A stretch of 64,000 nt of DNA from Mobula hypostoma (Eukaryota), in contig NC_086097.1 of the NCBI RefSeq assembly GCF_963921235.1, positions 199,456,001-199,520,000 of the forward strand, read 5' to 3'. The position numbers and the translations under genes are program-made. A model generated the notes under the pieces. The model ran no database searches and was not told where the DNA came from. It saw nothing but the letters and a program-made list of their open reading frames with translations. Of the stretch, positions 62,723-64,000 are shown piece by piece. Every line of letters begins with the position of its first letter. Within the stretch, counting starts at the first letter, position 1.

Positions 62723-64000
62723 CACATGTATGTGTTGATTTGAGTATAATCCGGTGAACTGTGAAGCAACATTATATTAAATTCCTCGATATAGAATTAT
62801 ATTCATCCTTCATCTGAAGCTTATGACGATTGGTAGACATAGAAATGGACAAATGCATCATCCGGGCTCATCCAGCTTTTTAAATTTATTTTTTAGGATA
62901 CAGGAATCCTTGGAAAAGCCATAATTATCATCCATCCCTAATTGCCTTGAAAGAAGTAGTGATGAGCCATCTTTTATATATATTCTATTAATATATTCCC
63001 ATGGTTGTGTAAGGTTTTTAATGTTGTAGCTTCATAAATTATAGACTATTATATGCACAGGGTGTGATGTACAGTTTGTGTATTAGACATGAGACGTATG
63101 GATAGAATTAGGCCATTCAGTTCATCAAGTCTCATTAACCTCGTAGTCTAACATGATTACAATGTCATGGCAACAAAACAGAAGAGTCATTAAAAAAATT
63201 AAATTAAGTAATATATCCCGGTTAAAACTATGTGTAGCTGCATTAATAAATATTCAGGTAAAGGAAATAACTGTTTCGGTAGAATTTTCCTCAATTCAAT
63301 TAAGCACTAATAGTCTGAGGATTAAATGTGCTTCCGTGTAGGCAGGTCTTGAACAAACTACAAATATGCCAACCTTCCACAAGGCATAACACAGCATATT
63401 TAATCTTCTTCACCCACGTAGGGTGGTGACTCAACCAGATATCATTCTGTCATTAAAGACTTTTAAGAAAGTTGCACTCTTTTCTTATCAATCAAAGGTA
63501 TAATTAAAATGTTCTCAGTATCTTTGAATTATGCTTTCTATTAAGCTCTGGCTGTTCTATTTATATGTAAGTTAAAGGAACCTTAAAAATTCACATTCAT
63601 CATTGCGATATTAGATAAAATGTTCTGTTAATTCTGTTGTTCACCCCCCCATAGTGCACACATCATTGGTCTTATTTGCACCACATATTTAATTTCATAT
63701 TCAGTATATACATATATATTAAAAAATTTGCTGCTACAAGACAACACACTTGATGAGATATGGCAGTGATCCAGGAAAATTGTTGAATTTTGTCCATGTA
63801 GTTGCGATATTGTTTGGTCAAAATGCCAGTGTTATTTTGGGCAAACAATGAAATGAAAAGAGAAATCAGTCCTAATATTCATTTTTTACATTTTTTAGAA
63901 TCAGAGTCAGATACAGATCTATCATCACTGACATACAGTATGCACCGAAATGTGTTGTTTTGTGGCAGCAGCACAGCGCAAGACATAAAATTACAAAATA

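Noticed and set aside
1..64000. Prokaryotic operon, defence system or CRISPR array
   Set aside because: No gene-dense long ORFs and no repeat-spacer periodicity; the RT, GIY-YIG and RLE domains all sit in decayed eukaryotic retroelements.

Overview
Eukaryotic (vertebrate) genomic DNA that is AT-rich, CpG-depleted and dominated by decayed transposable elements. The repeat mix (CR1 LINEs, Penelope-like elements, Rex1/Babar, HE1/V-SINE-like SINEs) suggests a cartilaginous fish, probably a ray; that assignment is inference. No intact long gene, RNA gene, CRISPR array or prokaryotic system is visible, and nearly all ORFs in the track are retroelement fragments or their antisense shadows. Recognisable elements are many CR1 copies (several nested), one RTE-clade LINE, Rex1/Babar LINEs, a HERO-like restriction-like-endonuclease fragment, Penelope-like elements (GIY-YIG), two hAT DNA transposons with TIRs and 8-bp TSDs, two solo LTRs and tRNA-derived SINEs. 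The most interesting signals are: (1) minimal type-I hammerhead ribozyme motifs in the Penelope pseudo-LTRs, plus short fold-back insertions whose turn-around lies in or beside that motif; (2) an intron-less sarcomeric myosin rod fragment fused to LTR-retroelement-like sequence; (3) a composite hAT element carrying pieces of two other repeats; (4) two old local duplications; (5) low-confidence exons of an unidentified host gene near 24-27 kb and an RFX X-box at 61.4 kb. Boundaries of decayed repeats are approximate and family names come from motif recognition, not database searches.
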